Positions 52,928 to 64,000 of a stretch of DNA of 64,000 bases are shown here, one piece after another. The notes under the pieces were generated by a model. The model was not told the origin of the DNA, searched no databases, and worked only from the letters and a program-made list of their open reading frames with translations. Source of the stretch: Hydrolagus colliei (lineage: Eukaryota); the NCBI GenBank assembly GCA_035084275.1, contig CM068750.1, forward strand, positions 14,260,001 to 14,324,000, given 5' to 3'. The first letter of the stretch is position 1, and the number at the start of each line of letters is the position of its first letter. The position numbers were made by a program, and so were the translations under genes.

Positions 52928-52995
52928 CAGCGACTTGGGACGTCCTCCTGACGTGAAAAGCGCTATATAAATGTAATTTTGTTGTTGTTGTTGTT
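52928..52995 (+). mobile_element. L2 tail-only insertion
   Basis: cagcgacttgggacgtcctcctgacgtgaaaagcgctatataaatgtaatt(ttg)n. Confidence 0.85.
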
Positions 52996-53119
52996 TGGCC
53001 ATCAAAGAGGTGCAAAAATCAGATCTTGTTGTTAAATTGTTAAGACTGGGTGTTTGTTATAAGCGGGTTTCATGAAAGTGAGGTTAAATTGTATATTAAA
53101 TGTTATAGTTGTTGTAGAG

Positions 53120-53440
53120 TAGAGTACTCGTCTCACAAGCAAGAGGACTTGGGTTTGATTCCTGGGTAGGGTAAAACCTTAAGTTTCCTTACTCACACAC
53201 AGGTCTCTGTTTACCTAGCACTAAATAGGAACCTGCTTGCCACTCAATTGGATTGCTTTCCTGGGGTAATAAACTCTCCAAAAAACAAGAATTTGGTCAC
53301 ACAATTCACAAATGATTGTGGGACACTGCCATGTGAAATTGGCTGCCACATTTCACCCACAAAATATAAAATCACTACTTTATAGTATTTTCTGTGAAGC
53401 GCTTTGTGACATTTCAAAAATGTGATAAGGTGCAATAACA
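53120..53440 (+). mobile_element. Near full-length SINE, same family
   Basis: gggtttgattcctgg ... gtttccttactc ... gtgaagcgctttgtgac. Confidence 0.85.
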
Positions 53441-53929
53441 AATTTCACCTTATCACATTTTTGATAATTAATAATTGTTATTATTTACAGACAATAAAAA
53501 AAACTTAAGAACTTGAAAAATCATGAAATGTTCTACAATTTTGCTAATCATCAGTGTGATAGTCAGTGAATCAGTGTGTATGCTGTGATGACATTAGGTT
53601 TGAGGTCATCTAAAAGCATTTCTATTCATCAAATTCTACAAGAAGTACCACAGTATTTGTGCTATTTCACACATGGCTGTCTCTGGACCTGACATCATAG
53701 TGTTAGTCTATGCCAGTTGTAGTTTCATTGCTTGAATGGAAGGTTTGAGAGAAAACAGTCATGTCTCAAAAACCCAAGCACACAGCCTTTGGGAGGTCAC
53801 TGGAATTTCCTTAAATCTACATCATCAATTGCAGAATTTGAATGAGAGAGATCACCAAACGTGATTATAGACTAGACAAACTCCTAGAGGAAGCTTACCC
53901 TCAACCTGTGCAGATAGCATTCATTTTCA

Positions 53930-54013
53930 TCCATTCACTTTACTGTGAGGCGCTTTGAGACATCTCAACAAAGTGATAAGGTGCTATATCAAATGCAAGG
54001 ATTATTATCATTA
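53930..54013 (+). mobile_element. SINE tail
   Basis: gtgaggcgctttgagacatc ... aaatgcaaggattattatc. Confidence 0.82.
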
Positions 54014-54294
54014 TCAATTCAACTCTTGAGATTGTACAAAAAATAAGATATTCCTAATGGTGGAATAATTCATTCTTGGAAGTAAAGAACATTGCAGAGA
54101 GAGACAAAAGCAATAAAGAAAAGGTAAAAAAAACAGAAAGCCAAAAAGTAAAAGGCAAAATAAATCTCTGCACAGTGGAAGGTTAACCCTTGTTGACATT
54201 CTTGTGATAACCTCACTATTTATTTCACTGAATTTTTCAAAGTACAGTATGCTTATACTTGCTCTACAATACTAAAGTCACTGTCCAATGTGAA

Positions 54295-54605
54295 GCTAAG
54301 CCTTACAGACCCAGAAAAGTGTTGGGTTCATTGCTTAGTCTGTGCTAAAATGATCCTAGCCAGCGGGGCAGAAAAGATTGCTACAAATGGTTTTGGTGTT
54401 GAGGGGAAAATCCAGTGACCCCTGCTGGACCAATACAGACATTGTGCAAGAATAATGTTGAGCTCAGCTGTGATGCTTTTCCACAGCTGAATAGTTTGCT
54501 GACGTTCGCTGTGTTGGCTCAATGTGTAGAATGGCCATTGAGTAGTCAGTAGAGGTAGAAACATATGTCAAAATGAGACATGGGCTTCAGGAGGGATGAG
54601 AGAGT
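54295..54605 (+). mobile_element. Ancient SINE, same family
   Basis: gccttacagacc, gtctgtgct, tccagtgacccctgctgg, gctcagctgtgatg, gaatggcca. Confidence 0.68.
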
Positions 54606-56493
54606 AAAGAATAAGCATGAGGAAGAGTTTGCATTAAGATAAATAAAAAGAAATCTAGTATTAAATTTGCATCTGGAATGGGAATAAATACAGCTCTGTA
54701 ACCTTAATACTTGTGCAATGTCTTCCTAAATCTTTTTACCAGTTGCATCATCATAGCACATTTAGGTCAAAATATTTGTCCCACGTCTCTACCTTTACTG
54801 GACTAGTTATTAAAGAAACCTTTCAGTACAGAATTTCCTTTCCAGTGTGCCATACCAAATGTTATTTCAATCACAGATACCATTTTTTGGAAATGTTATA
54901 GGAAATATTATAAAAATGAAAGCACTGAATGTGATTAATTCAATACCTGTACACTTTCAAAGAAGTTACCAGGAGTCAAGTACAACCCTGCTTAGGTTTA
55001 TGTCCTAGGTTGTGTATGAGAAGAGTTCCGATGTACTCAACGTTTGTTTTTGCTGCCCTCAGTTCCTTTCCTGACAGCACTACTCTATAGCATGTTCACA
55101 AAAAACTGTTTTTTTCTACAGTGCACTGACCAGTAACTGAAACAAATGGAAGAATGATGATAATTCCATGTAGATGTACTTCATTGTTTTCAGTACGTGA
55201 TTACTGAATCACTTAGAGACGTCGCAATGATTATAAGGTGCTATATCAAATCCATTTTTAAAAATTATTAACTGTAGTTAGACATCCAGAGGATCAGTGT
55301 GTGTGAGCCCCATCATTGTCATGGCAGATGATACATTGCCATGTTCAGTGTGACATCTTCTGTAACATGGATGGAGTGACAAGGCAAGTTGTATCTCTGT
55401 CAGCTTGTTTTAGTTCCTCCTTAGTCTCAAATTACTGTTTTGTAACAGGGGGTAAAAGGACTTTGTGGACTCCCTGAAGAATAGGAATTCATTGTGCAAA
55501 ACATTAGCAATTAGCTTGAATTCTTGTCCTCAGCATAAGGTTTTTTTTCTGTCTTGCCTTGCCAATCTAATCATCTAGTTTTCTCCCACTTTATCTGCTG
55601 ATGGAAGCAGATTTTCATCATGCCCATGGGAATACTTTCTGGGGTGGGTTTCCAATGAGAAAGTCGTCACAGTTACTCAGCTAAGAACTGATGAAACTAG
55701 CTCCCAACAGTGGGTGTCCTCAACCATCTGGTAGAATATAAGGCACTGGACCATCTGTACTAAGACAGTACCCAAGGAAGATTCAATCATTAAAATGGAT
55801 TATATTAATTTCCATATGCTGGATATAATTTGTTGAAATGTGGGTGGAATGGCATTTCACATACAGTAATCAAAATTTCCTGTCCTTAGGCAAGAAAAAA
55901 ATTGTGGTCTTAAAAAGTATGCAGCCTTAACAGATGTCCTTTAGTGTTTTACTTTCCTAATGCTTGTTACTGATCCTCTAACTATATTTCCACAATAACA
56001 TTGACAAAGGAAAACTAATGAGCAAGCAGATTCCTTCTAACTCCCATCAACAACAACAACAACACATTTGTATATTGCCAATCATATCGGGAAGATGAAG
56101 GCACTGGGACTAAGCAACTAAGCTGCAACAATTCATTTTACAATTGCATGGAAAACACCATTCAGACACCAATCAACAAATTAATTATTGGCCAAGAACT
56201 ATTTACACATTGCTATCTGTATATAATTAAACATTGTCAGCAGCTAGCTTTACTTATAAAGCAGAATTAGTGGAAGTGGGATTTTCTGAGCTGGGCAATC
56301 AAATTAGCAGCTTGTTTTGCTGAACACATTTTCTACAGCTGTCTTGTTGCTCAACTGGATTACAACTCTGTTAACATGAGTTTAATGAACTGATCCGGGT
56401 GGGGGTGGGAAAGAAAAACAATTATCAGATGAATTACTATCCTGGGACACATTGTTTACACTGTACTGTATCCCGAGATATTATTTCCTTTAG

Positions 56494-57054
56494 CACGTGT
56501 CCTCTCCTGCACTCAGCTCCATGACCACATCACCGCCATCCTCGCCCGACTCCACAGGCTTCCCGTCACACAGAGGATGCACACAACAACAACATTACAT
56601 TTGTATAGAGCCTTTCATGTCGGGAGGGCAGCCCAAGACATTCAAGATCCTGTTCCTCACCTTCAAATCCCGTTATGGCCTCGCTTTCCCCTACCTCTGC
56701 AACCTCCTAATCCCCTACCAACCTGTCCACTCCCTCCGCTCAGCGAGATCAGGTCTGTTACATGTCCCCCTTCTTGCCCACTGCACCATTGGAGGGTGGC
56801 CTTCAGCCATTCTGTCCCCACCCTCTGGAACTCCATCGTGCAGAACGTCCACCTCTACCCATCTCTAGCTTCGGCCAAGACCCACCTCAAGGCCCTCCTC
56901 GTCGACTGTGCTTTCAATCAGCCTCCTTCCTCACCTGCCCTCCACCCCTACAATCCCCACCCCCAGCTTGGGTCCAAAATACTGTGCGTCCAGTGCCTTG
57001 GGATGTCCTCTCGATGTAAGGGGTACTATACAGATGTAATTTTTTTTGTTGTTG
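56494..57054 (+). mobile_element. L2 LINE ORF2 C-terminus plus 3'UTR, with a nested antisense tail insertion at about 56582-56640
   Basis: HDHIT.IL..LH.LPV, FKILFLTFK, PYLCNLL, AFSHSVPTLWNSI; ends atgtaat(t)ngttgttg. Confidence 0.92.
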
Positions 57055-57211
57055 CTAAAATAAATCTGTCTCATTTTCTTTTGAAAGAATACCAAACCTC
57101 AGTCACCGAGAGAAGGACTATTCTATCAGTGTGAAGGGAAGTTTCTGAACAAGGGGATTTGAATCTGAAAAGTGCAACTTTCTTTGCCAACAAAGAATAA
57201 CAATCACTCTT

Positions 57212-57484
57212 GGCTCAGTGGCTGAGCCATACACACTGGATCTGATTCTCAAGTGTGGTAGGTTAACTGATCCTAGCTGGATTTCCAATAGTGTACTTCA
57301 ATATGCCTCAGGCCCAAGGTTAAGTAAGGGAAAACAGCCATTTCTCCTATTAGTGATCAGCCCAGCAGAAACCTCTTCTGGAGAAGTCCGAATTAGGTTC
57401 AGCTGTAACGTGCCCCCTCTTCATCATGGTTGATTAGCTCATTGACAATCACTCTCAGGGCTTACAATTGACTAATGTGCACTC
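57212..57484 (+). mobile_element. Ancient SINE, same family, abutting the young SINE
   Basis: ggctcagtggctgagccatacac ... agggaaaacagcca ... ttcagctgtaac. Confidence 0.62.
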
Positions 57485-57795
57485 GTGGAGTCCTGTAGCT
57501 CAGTGGTTAGAGCCGTCACCTTACAAGCATATGAGACCTGTGTTCGAATCCAGGCATGTCAGGGCGAAACCTTGGGCAAGTTTCCTTACTCCACACGCCT
57601 CATAATAATCCCTTCAAAAAGAACACAATAATTGGTCATTTCAATCCATGACTGTTTGTGGGACACTGCTGTGTGCAATTGGCTGTTGCGTCTTGCCCAC
57701 AAATATGCAGTCAATTCACTTTATAGTACATTCTGTGAAGCGCTTTGAGATGTCTAAAAGATGTGAAAAACTCTATCAAATGCAAATTATTATTA
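57485..57795 (+). mobile_element. Full-length SINE with intact Pol III A and B boxes
   Basis: A box TAGCTCAGTGG 57496-57506, B box GTTCGAATCC 57542-57551, tail aaatgcaaattattatta. Confidence 0.92.
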
Positions 57796-58694
57796 CTTGG
57801 GAAAAGCACCATCGAACTGCAGTAGAAAGAGGGGAGGGGAGAAGAGACAAATTGGTAGAGAAAATTGTGAAGAAAAATTATACTTTTAAAAACCAAATCA
57901 CACCCTTTCTTTGGATTTCCAGAATTATTTGGAGATCAAAAGTAATGGAGGAAATAAGCAATGTCCAGGAATCCTGACTATAAGCGGTATCTTTAGCAAA
58001 GATATTCATCAGTACAATATATCAATATCGATGGAAGAGAAAATTGTAACTATTAAAATAACAAAGATCTCAATTAATGCTAGCACATTCAGACTTTACA
58101 AGCGCCTGCTGCTCAAATACATTAAGAAAGCTGAGCGCGCCATACAATCTGAAAAGAAAACACAAAATTGGAAACAGGTGGAGTGAAAAGCCCTCCCGAC
58201 ATCACAAAGAATCTGCAAGGGCAGAAAATAAATTGCTCTCAAGGCAATATAACTTGACACTCAACAGATACGTGACCTTGTGCGATGGGCATCTTTTAGC
58301 AGAGAAATTTTGCAGCACTGGGGACATAAATGAAGATTCCATCTTCAAGAGAATCACATTAAAAGTCTACCATGAAACAAATTCTTCACCAATATGACCA
58401 TGGCTGATACCAGCACAGTTAGAAAAAAAAACGGAGCGAAAACACTGATCAAAGTACTGCGTTCAGCCAACAATGGAACCGGCTGGAGTACAAAGAAATA
58501 ACTGCAGCATTGAAAAGACTGTAACCAAGCTAAATAGATAAATCAAATGCCCCACAAAAAGAACAAAGCAGATTATCACCTTGATTTATTAAGGGATTAA
58601 TTCAGACCTCGAAGCAGGAATGCACTTATGCTAAATGGAAAACGATTGCATTTACTAAGATATGATGTAATAAGAGTGTTGTACTGTTCAAAAC

Positions 58695-58717
58695 AGAGAG
58701 CGAGAGAGAGAGAGAGA
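58695..58717. repeat. (GA)n microsatellite
   Basis: Seen directly. Confidence 0.9.
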
Positions 58718-58864
58718 TTGTGACTGCTCAGTGAGCCTGGTCATGCTATTGCGGAGGAGAGCACAGCTAACCCGCTAGCAGGAAAGAATAAAAGCAACAA
58801 ACTCAAACCGCATTGCTCTTGAAAATCTTGCAGTCACAGAATGAGAAATGAAGAGAGAAACACC

Positions 58865-59063
58865 AGTCCTGGGTAACAACTCCCCCCCCCCAAAAGGTCA
58901 CCCACTGCATGGCTCTTTGTGGGACATTGTGGTGTACAAACTGGTTGTCACATTCACCTGCAAACACACAAATCACTCCACTTTATAGCGCTTCGAGATA
59001 CCCTTCTGACGTTGTTGTTGTTATTGTTGCAAAAAGCGCTCTAGCAAATGCAAGGATTATTAT
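58865..59063 (+). mobile_element. SINE 3' half
   Basis: tttgtgggacattgtggtgtacaaactgg ... aaatgcaaggattattat. Confidence 0.78.
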
Positions 59064-59224
59064 AGAATATAAACAAATATTCTGTCTCTTACTGTAATGG
59101 CCGCTGAGGTTGAATCAAAAGGTATTTTGGTTGGATCAAAAGTTATTTTTATATTCTGATAAGCAACCTCTGAGAATTCTGCCAGCAGCACCACTTTAAT
59201 CTTTACATTGTTTGTTTTGCACCT

Positions 59225-59470
59225 TACAAATTCAAGGATATCTGTGCTGAGTTTGCCAATTGCAGGCAAAGCAGCAATCTGGGGCACCACAATTGGCCTC
59301 GCTGAGCAACTAGGGTAGGGGAAGAAATGAGAAATACAGTCTGGGTTCCAAGCTACTGATCGCTATCCATGAACTGTGCTTCAAAATGCGCATGAGGCAA
59401 AATAGAATCAGGGTCTTCTATGATGTCCTTCCAAGACTGCAGAGCTTATAGACTCTCGCATCTTTAGGCA
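59225..59470 (+). mobile_element. Ancient SINE, same family
   Basis: tctgtgctgagtt ... acaattggcctc ... ctgatcgctatcc. Confidence 0.68.
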
Positions 59471-60961
59471 AGATCTAAAATTCCCTTTCATCTGCTATTT
59501 TGGTGTCTTGTTGAAATAGTCGTCCTCATATAATTTGTACCGAATGAAAATGTATCATTTGAGCTACTAACATTTATTAGGGGAAACTGAGAAAAATGCA
59601 TCACAAAATGTTCGCTAATGTTCAAAGTATTTCTATCAGATATATTACAGTATAGTATGATTAGTTACTACTGCCAAATATCTTCCAGCTTCAAAGACTA
59701 TCGAGGTATGTGACAGCAAACAAAATTGATATCTGAATTTGTCTTATTCATTTGGGTTCTGGTATAAATTTGGATCTCTAAAAATTGACATGCATTGAAA
59801 AATTCCTGTGTCATAATATATTGAAGCGATTTAACTTTTTCCAAGGCCACACTGTTCTGACATGAACAAATCTTACACAAGACAAGACACGCAGATGGCA
59901 TTGTTTTTGTGTCGAAACAAAATGGAACATTAATCTGTCTAGACAACTTTTTATCTTCTTACAGAAATAGAGCGTTTGATAAGACCATGACCAAACAACT
60001 GCCAATATTCCTAGTTGAAATAATTTATAAATTTCTTCCACGATCTAGGGAGACAAAGATTATTTAACAAGATTTACTGGCCGCATGCGTAGCAAACGCA
60101 CAGAGGGTGTCAGTCACAGATCTGTGTAACATTGCTGTGTGGAAAGGTATGTGCTCTTTTATAGCATGCTGCAGCGTAAATCTTCCTTCAACCCTGAGCT
60201 TGATCTTTGGCAATCTTGCTTGCTGCTTACCTACTCCACTTACACTGAATGGGTGACTGACAGCCCCAGCCGTTTTAGTTGTTATTTTCGGTGACTGTTA
60301 TTCATTGCTTTGCTTACAGCTGGTTGCTTCCCTTTCTTGGATTCTTTCATCCCTAATCTAGCCTTAGCTATGTGATATTTTGGTGTGTTAGTTACCATTG
60401 ACTGGCATGTATTTCTGGCTGCCAAGTGTCCGAGTCCCTCGGAGTGAGTGCAGCATCAATGATTTTTATTTTGGGCGAGTTATTTATTGACTTGCTCCAG
60501 TATTACGAGCTGCCCTACTGCCCTTGCACTGACTGGCAGAATGCTTACAGTTTACTCTGACAGACGGTGATAAGGCGGCAAGTACGCATTTCATTTTTGT
60601 TCACTGAATACTTTATATTGGCCATACAAATTTTTTTAATATAAACAGAAAAGTTTATTATAAGTTCTTTGATTTTCTCCAACTCAAATTATTTTATTTT
60701 ACTTTTTTTTATTTTATGTGGAAATTTTGATTTAAAATCTTTAGGATGAATCTGCTACATGATTTTGTAGCCTATGAAACCACCCACCCATGCACACACA
60801 GTGCATTTCAGAAGTTATGGTTCAATTATTTGACTTACATTCAACCATTAAGCACTTTTGAAAGTGGTAACTGATCAATTGACAATTTAGTCTGTGTGCG
60901 TAAATTATGTATTTTAGTCTTGTTAATGCGCAAATAGTATGCTTCTGTAAATGTCTTGGTT

Positions 60962-61185
60962 AACAACAACAACAACAAATTACATTTGTCTTGAGCCTTT
61001 CGTGTCGGAAGGACATCTCAAAGCACTGGTCAGTCAAGCATGTGCAACCCAGCTGGGGTTCGGGATAGGAGGAGTAGAGGGCAGGGAGGGGAGGGTATCC
61101 GAAGGCGCAGTCAAAGAGGAGGGTCTTGCGATGGGTCTTGAAGGAAACAAGGGAGGGGGTGACGTGGAGGAACTGTGGAATAGTG
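60962..61185 (-). mobile_element. L2 LINE 3' end
   Basis: (CAA)n tail; the ORF track shows SFKTHRKTLLFDCAF, the L2 ORF2 terminus. Confidence 0.88.
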
Positions 61186-61847
61186 TGGATCTTGTTCAAA
61201 CCGACACCAATGTACGTTTTGGCAAAACTTTACTTTAAAAAAGGGGGAGCAGAAAATAAAATTATCAACATATAGAAAAAAAAGTGCAATAAGAAGTGTG
61301 ATTCTTGCCATAGCAACCATTTAGCCTAATTTTCTCTGGTTCTGTTCATGTAGATCATTAGTGCTGATTACAACCTGTGGGCCAGTTCAAAAACAGATTT
61401 TCTAATCATTCTAGTATAACAGTTACCAGACACACCCTGGTAAACTATTCAACAATGCAGATAAAAAGGCTTGGTTGTTGTATGACTCAAGCGATATGGG
61501 TAATAAACTTCACCTTACTCACACAGCCAAAAATGCTGCAATCTTTGGGGGTAGATGTTAACTTGATCAGAACAATAACTCCGTAGCTTGGTGACAGAGT
61601 CGCTTCTTTCTTGTACTGTGCCTCAGGCAGATTTATTACCTTCAAGTTCAGGTCTGTGATAAACAGAAACAACCACTTGCTCAATGCACATTGTGTGGAT
61701 CCAAATTATGCTGTGTTTTGGTATCTCCACTGAAGTACAGTGAGCAATTTAATTTAACTCTTTTCTTGCTCCTAAAAGTAATCAACAATACAATAACCTG
61801 AAATATGCATTTAAATCCTTCTTTTCTGACAAAATGCAACACTTACG

Positions 61848-62169
61848 GGCAGGGTGAAACCTTAAGCAAGTTTCCCTGCTCCACACTCCTCCAGCGCCTT
61901 GGGACGTGAAAGGCACTCTATAAATGTAATTTTGTTGTTGCTGTTGTTTACCAAGCAGCAAGTAGGAACTCAGTTATTAATTGATTGGCTAATTGATTGG
62001 GTAATAATCCTTCAAAACCATTGGTCACTCAATCTATGACTGCTGTGGGACACTGTTGTGGGCAATTGGCTACCACGTTTCACCCTCAAAATACACAGTC
62101 AATCCACTTTATAATATATTCTGTGATGATGTGATAAGGCACTATACCAAATGCTAATTATTAATATTA
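61848..62169 (+). mobile_element. 5'-truncated SINE, same family, hosting an L2 tail insertion
   Basis: ggcagggtgaaaccttaagcaagtttcc ... gtgataaggcactataccaaatgc. Confidence 0.85.
61892..61948 (+). mobile_element. L2 tail-only insertion nested in a SINE
   Basis: cagcgccttgggacgtgaaaggcactctataaatgtaatt(ttg)n; inner loop deleted between the two GACGT repeats. Confidence 0.82.
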
Positions 62170-62244
62170 TGACACAGGACGGCAAGAGTTCAGACAGGCA
62201 TCTTTGATCATTGGCTTTTCATGTGTGACTCTATAATCAATGGG

Positions 62245-62314
62245 AACAACAACAACAACAACAACTTAAACTTTTAAAGCGGCTTTCACGTCGGGAGGAC
62301 ATCCCAAGGCGCTG
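62245..62314 (-). mobile_element. L2 tail-only insertion
   Basis: (aac)7 ... ctttcacgtcgggaggacatcccaaggcgctg. Confidence 0.82.
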
Positions 62315-64000
62315 AAATGAAGGCAGATCATGAAGAACAGGAGCTTAGCATGTGGAAGATCTCAGGCAAAACCCCATTTAGCCATGTCACATATTACAGC
62401 TCCAACAAACTGCAGTACTGCATCAACCCAACCAGAAGCTTCTTAAATAACTGTTTTATTCTTGCCTTAAAAACTGTCTGACTGTTCACTATGGAAACTG
62501 CTGCTCCAAAAAACACTGTAGCACATGAGCTAAATAAATAAGAAAAGTAAGAAATTATATCTTAATCATTACAAATACACAAAAAACTGAAGTTGATTGA
62601 ATATTTCTCCCTGCTCTACTTCTAGTACATTTCAAATACTGTATTCCTACGCAGAAGAGTACAAACACATTGCCAATTGATGTGTTCATGGTACATCAAT
62701 TGTTTTCAGCCACTGAATTGTGTTTGATGAAGGAAGTAGCTCTTCCACTGGTGAGGCCCTCAGGTTACCAGCAGTGGTAATCCAAACAAGCTGCTGTTTA
62801 ATGACAAAAATTGATGACACACATTTTACCAGACTGTTTCTGGCTGCTGCCAAGATTTAAATCTCAATCAAGATGGAAGATGGACATTATAACATGGCAT
62901 TACATCATGTGCTCAGCAATAAGCTCTTTTTATTAGAATTACAAGAATGCAAGTGTTTCAATACATATGCTTATCTGAACTATTCACATCTTTCTCTCTG
63001 TTGAAACAAGCCTGCCAGGTACAGGTTGAATGCAAATTGCTCAGCAGTCTGGACTACACACCAGCTAGTTGAACAGATTGCTGTAAACAGGGTTGAAAAC
63101 CAGCTTGGTTAAAATTCATGTCTGCACAATATTATTTTTAAGTCTTGTGTTGCAAAACCAGAATATCTAGGGATTTCTTTAAATCAATGTACCTTATTTA
63201 TACAGTCTTTTTTTCAGAAAACGTGTGCATATCAATTTTCCCTAATATTAAAATTCTGCACTCCTCTATAATTGTCAATACAGAGCCAATCGTTACCCAC
63301 TCCATATTTATGTGCTTTAAAGAAAAAATGATCCAATTTTATAAAGAAATAAATATTAATGACCAACTCATCCAAAAAAGCTTCCAAACTAAAGTATATG
63401 CAACCATGCATTGCATTTCCATGCTATCTAATTAGGTCACCCCATTATACATGTCACATAGTAACATTAATCAATTATTCTCAAGTCTCCAGCTATATCA
63501 TGCTTAAGATGACTGTATATATCTCAAGCTCTAAAACAGGTTAGAAACCATGAACAGTTAAGCAAGAAAAGGATTTCTTAATCATTTTTCCCCATCACTC
63601 TCCCAGCCCTCCTGTTGCCCAGAATTTCTTACCGTTTGCTCATTTTATGGAAGTAATTTAACTTATCCACAACCACACGCAGAAATGTATTCAATCAAAA
63701 AATGGAGTGAGAATTTGTAGCCTTGTACCACTTGCAGTAATGTGACTGGGAAATGTGAATATTATTTTATTATCACCAGTTATCCGCTAGTCACCACAGC
63801 TACCACAATGGTCAATGTCTCAGATGCTGGTGTGTCAGTCAACCCTAAACCAGTATTTTATATGTTCTTCGGATGTAGCTTTAAACCAAGGTCACAACTG
63901 TCTGTTCTGGTGGATGTTTCTCCCGGTATTCTTGCCAACAAAAAGCACTATAGCTTCAGGCCACACACTTGCTGAATGTATGTAAACTTGGGACTGGAGT

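Noticed and set aside
56497-57134. 123-aa and 185-aa ORFs
   Set aside because: Derived from the L2 ORF2 end plus a nested insertion
57485-57560. tRNA gene
   Set aside because: The A/B boxes belong to a SINE head; the sequence continues into SINE body and tail and occurs in several diverged copies

Overview
Vertebrate genomic DNA, very probably a cartilaginous fish; the SINE, L2 and Penelope repertoire resembles elephant shark/holocephalans, but that is inference. The window is a 64-kb gene-poor regulatory landscape with one recognisable protein-coding gene, intronless IRF2BPL (EAP1). It lies on the minus strand (CDS 34687-36660, 657 aa) in a CpG island with a CRE/NRF1/GC-box promoter and a ~1.6-kb 3'UTR. 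The rest is dense in L2 LINE fragments, tRNA-headed SINEs (a young family, Deu-core SINEs, an ancient SINE), CR1 tails, one hAT MITE with a perfect 8-bp TSD, and a Penelope-like inverted repeat with a decayed hammerhead core. Repeat-free, motif-rich blocks between them may be enhancers. The most unusual signal is a set of ~60-nt insertions consisting of exactly the L2 3' stem-loop plus (TTG)n, with a shared 5' boundary. No other ORF in the track is supported as a host gene. Most repeat boundaries are approximate, and family names come from recall, not a database search.
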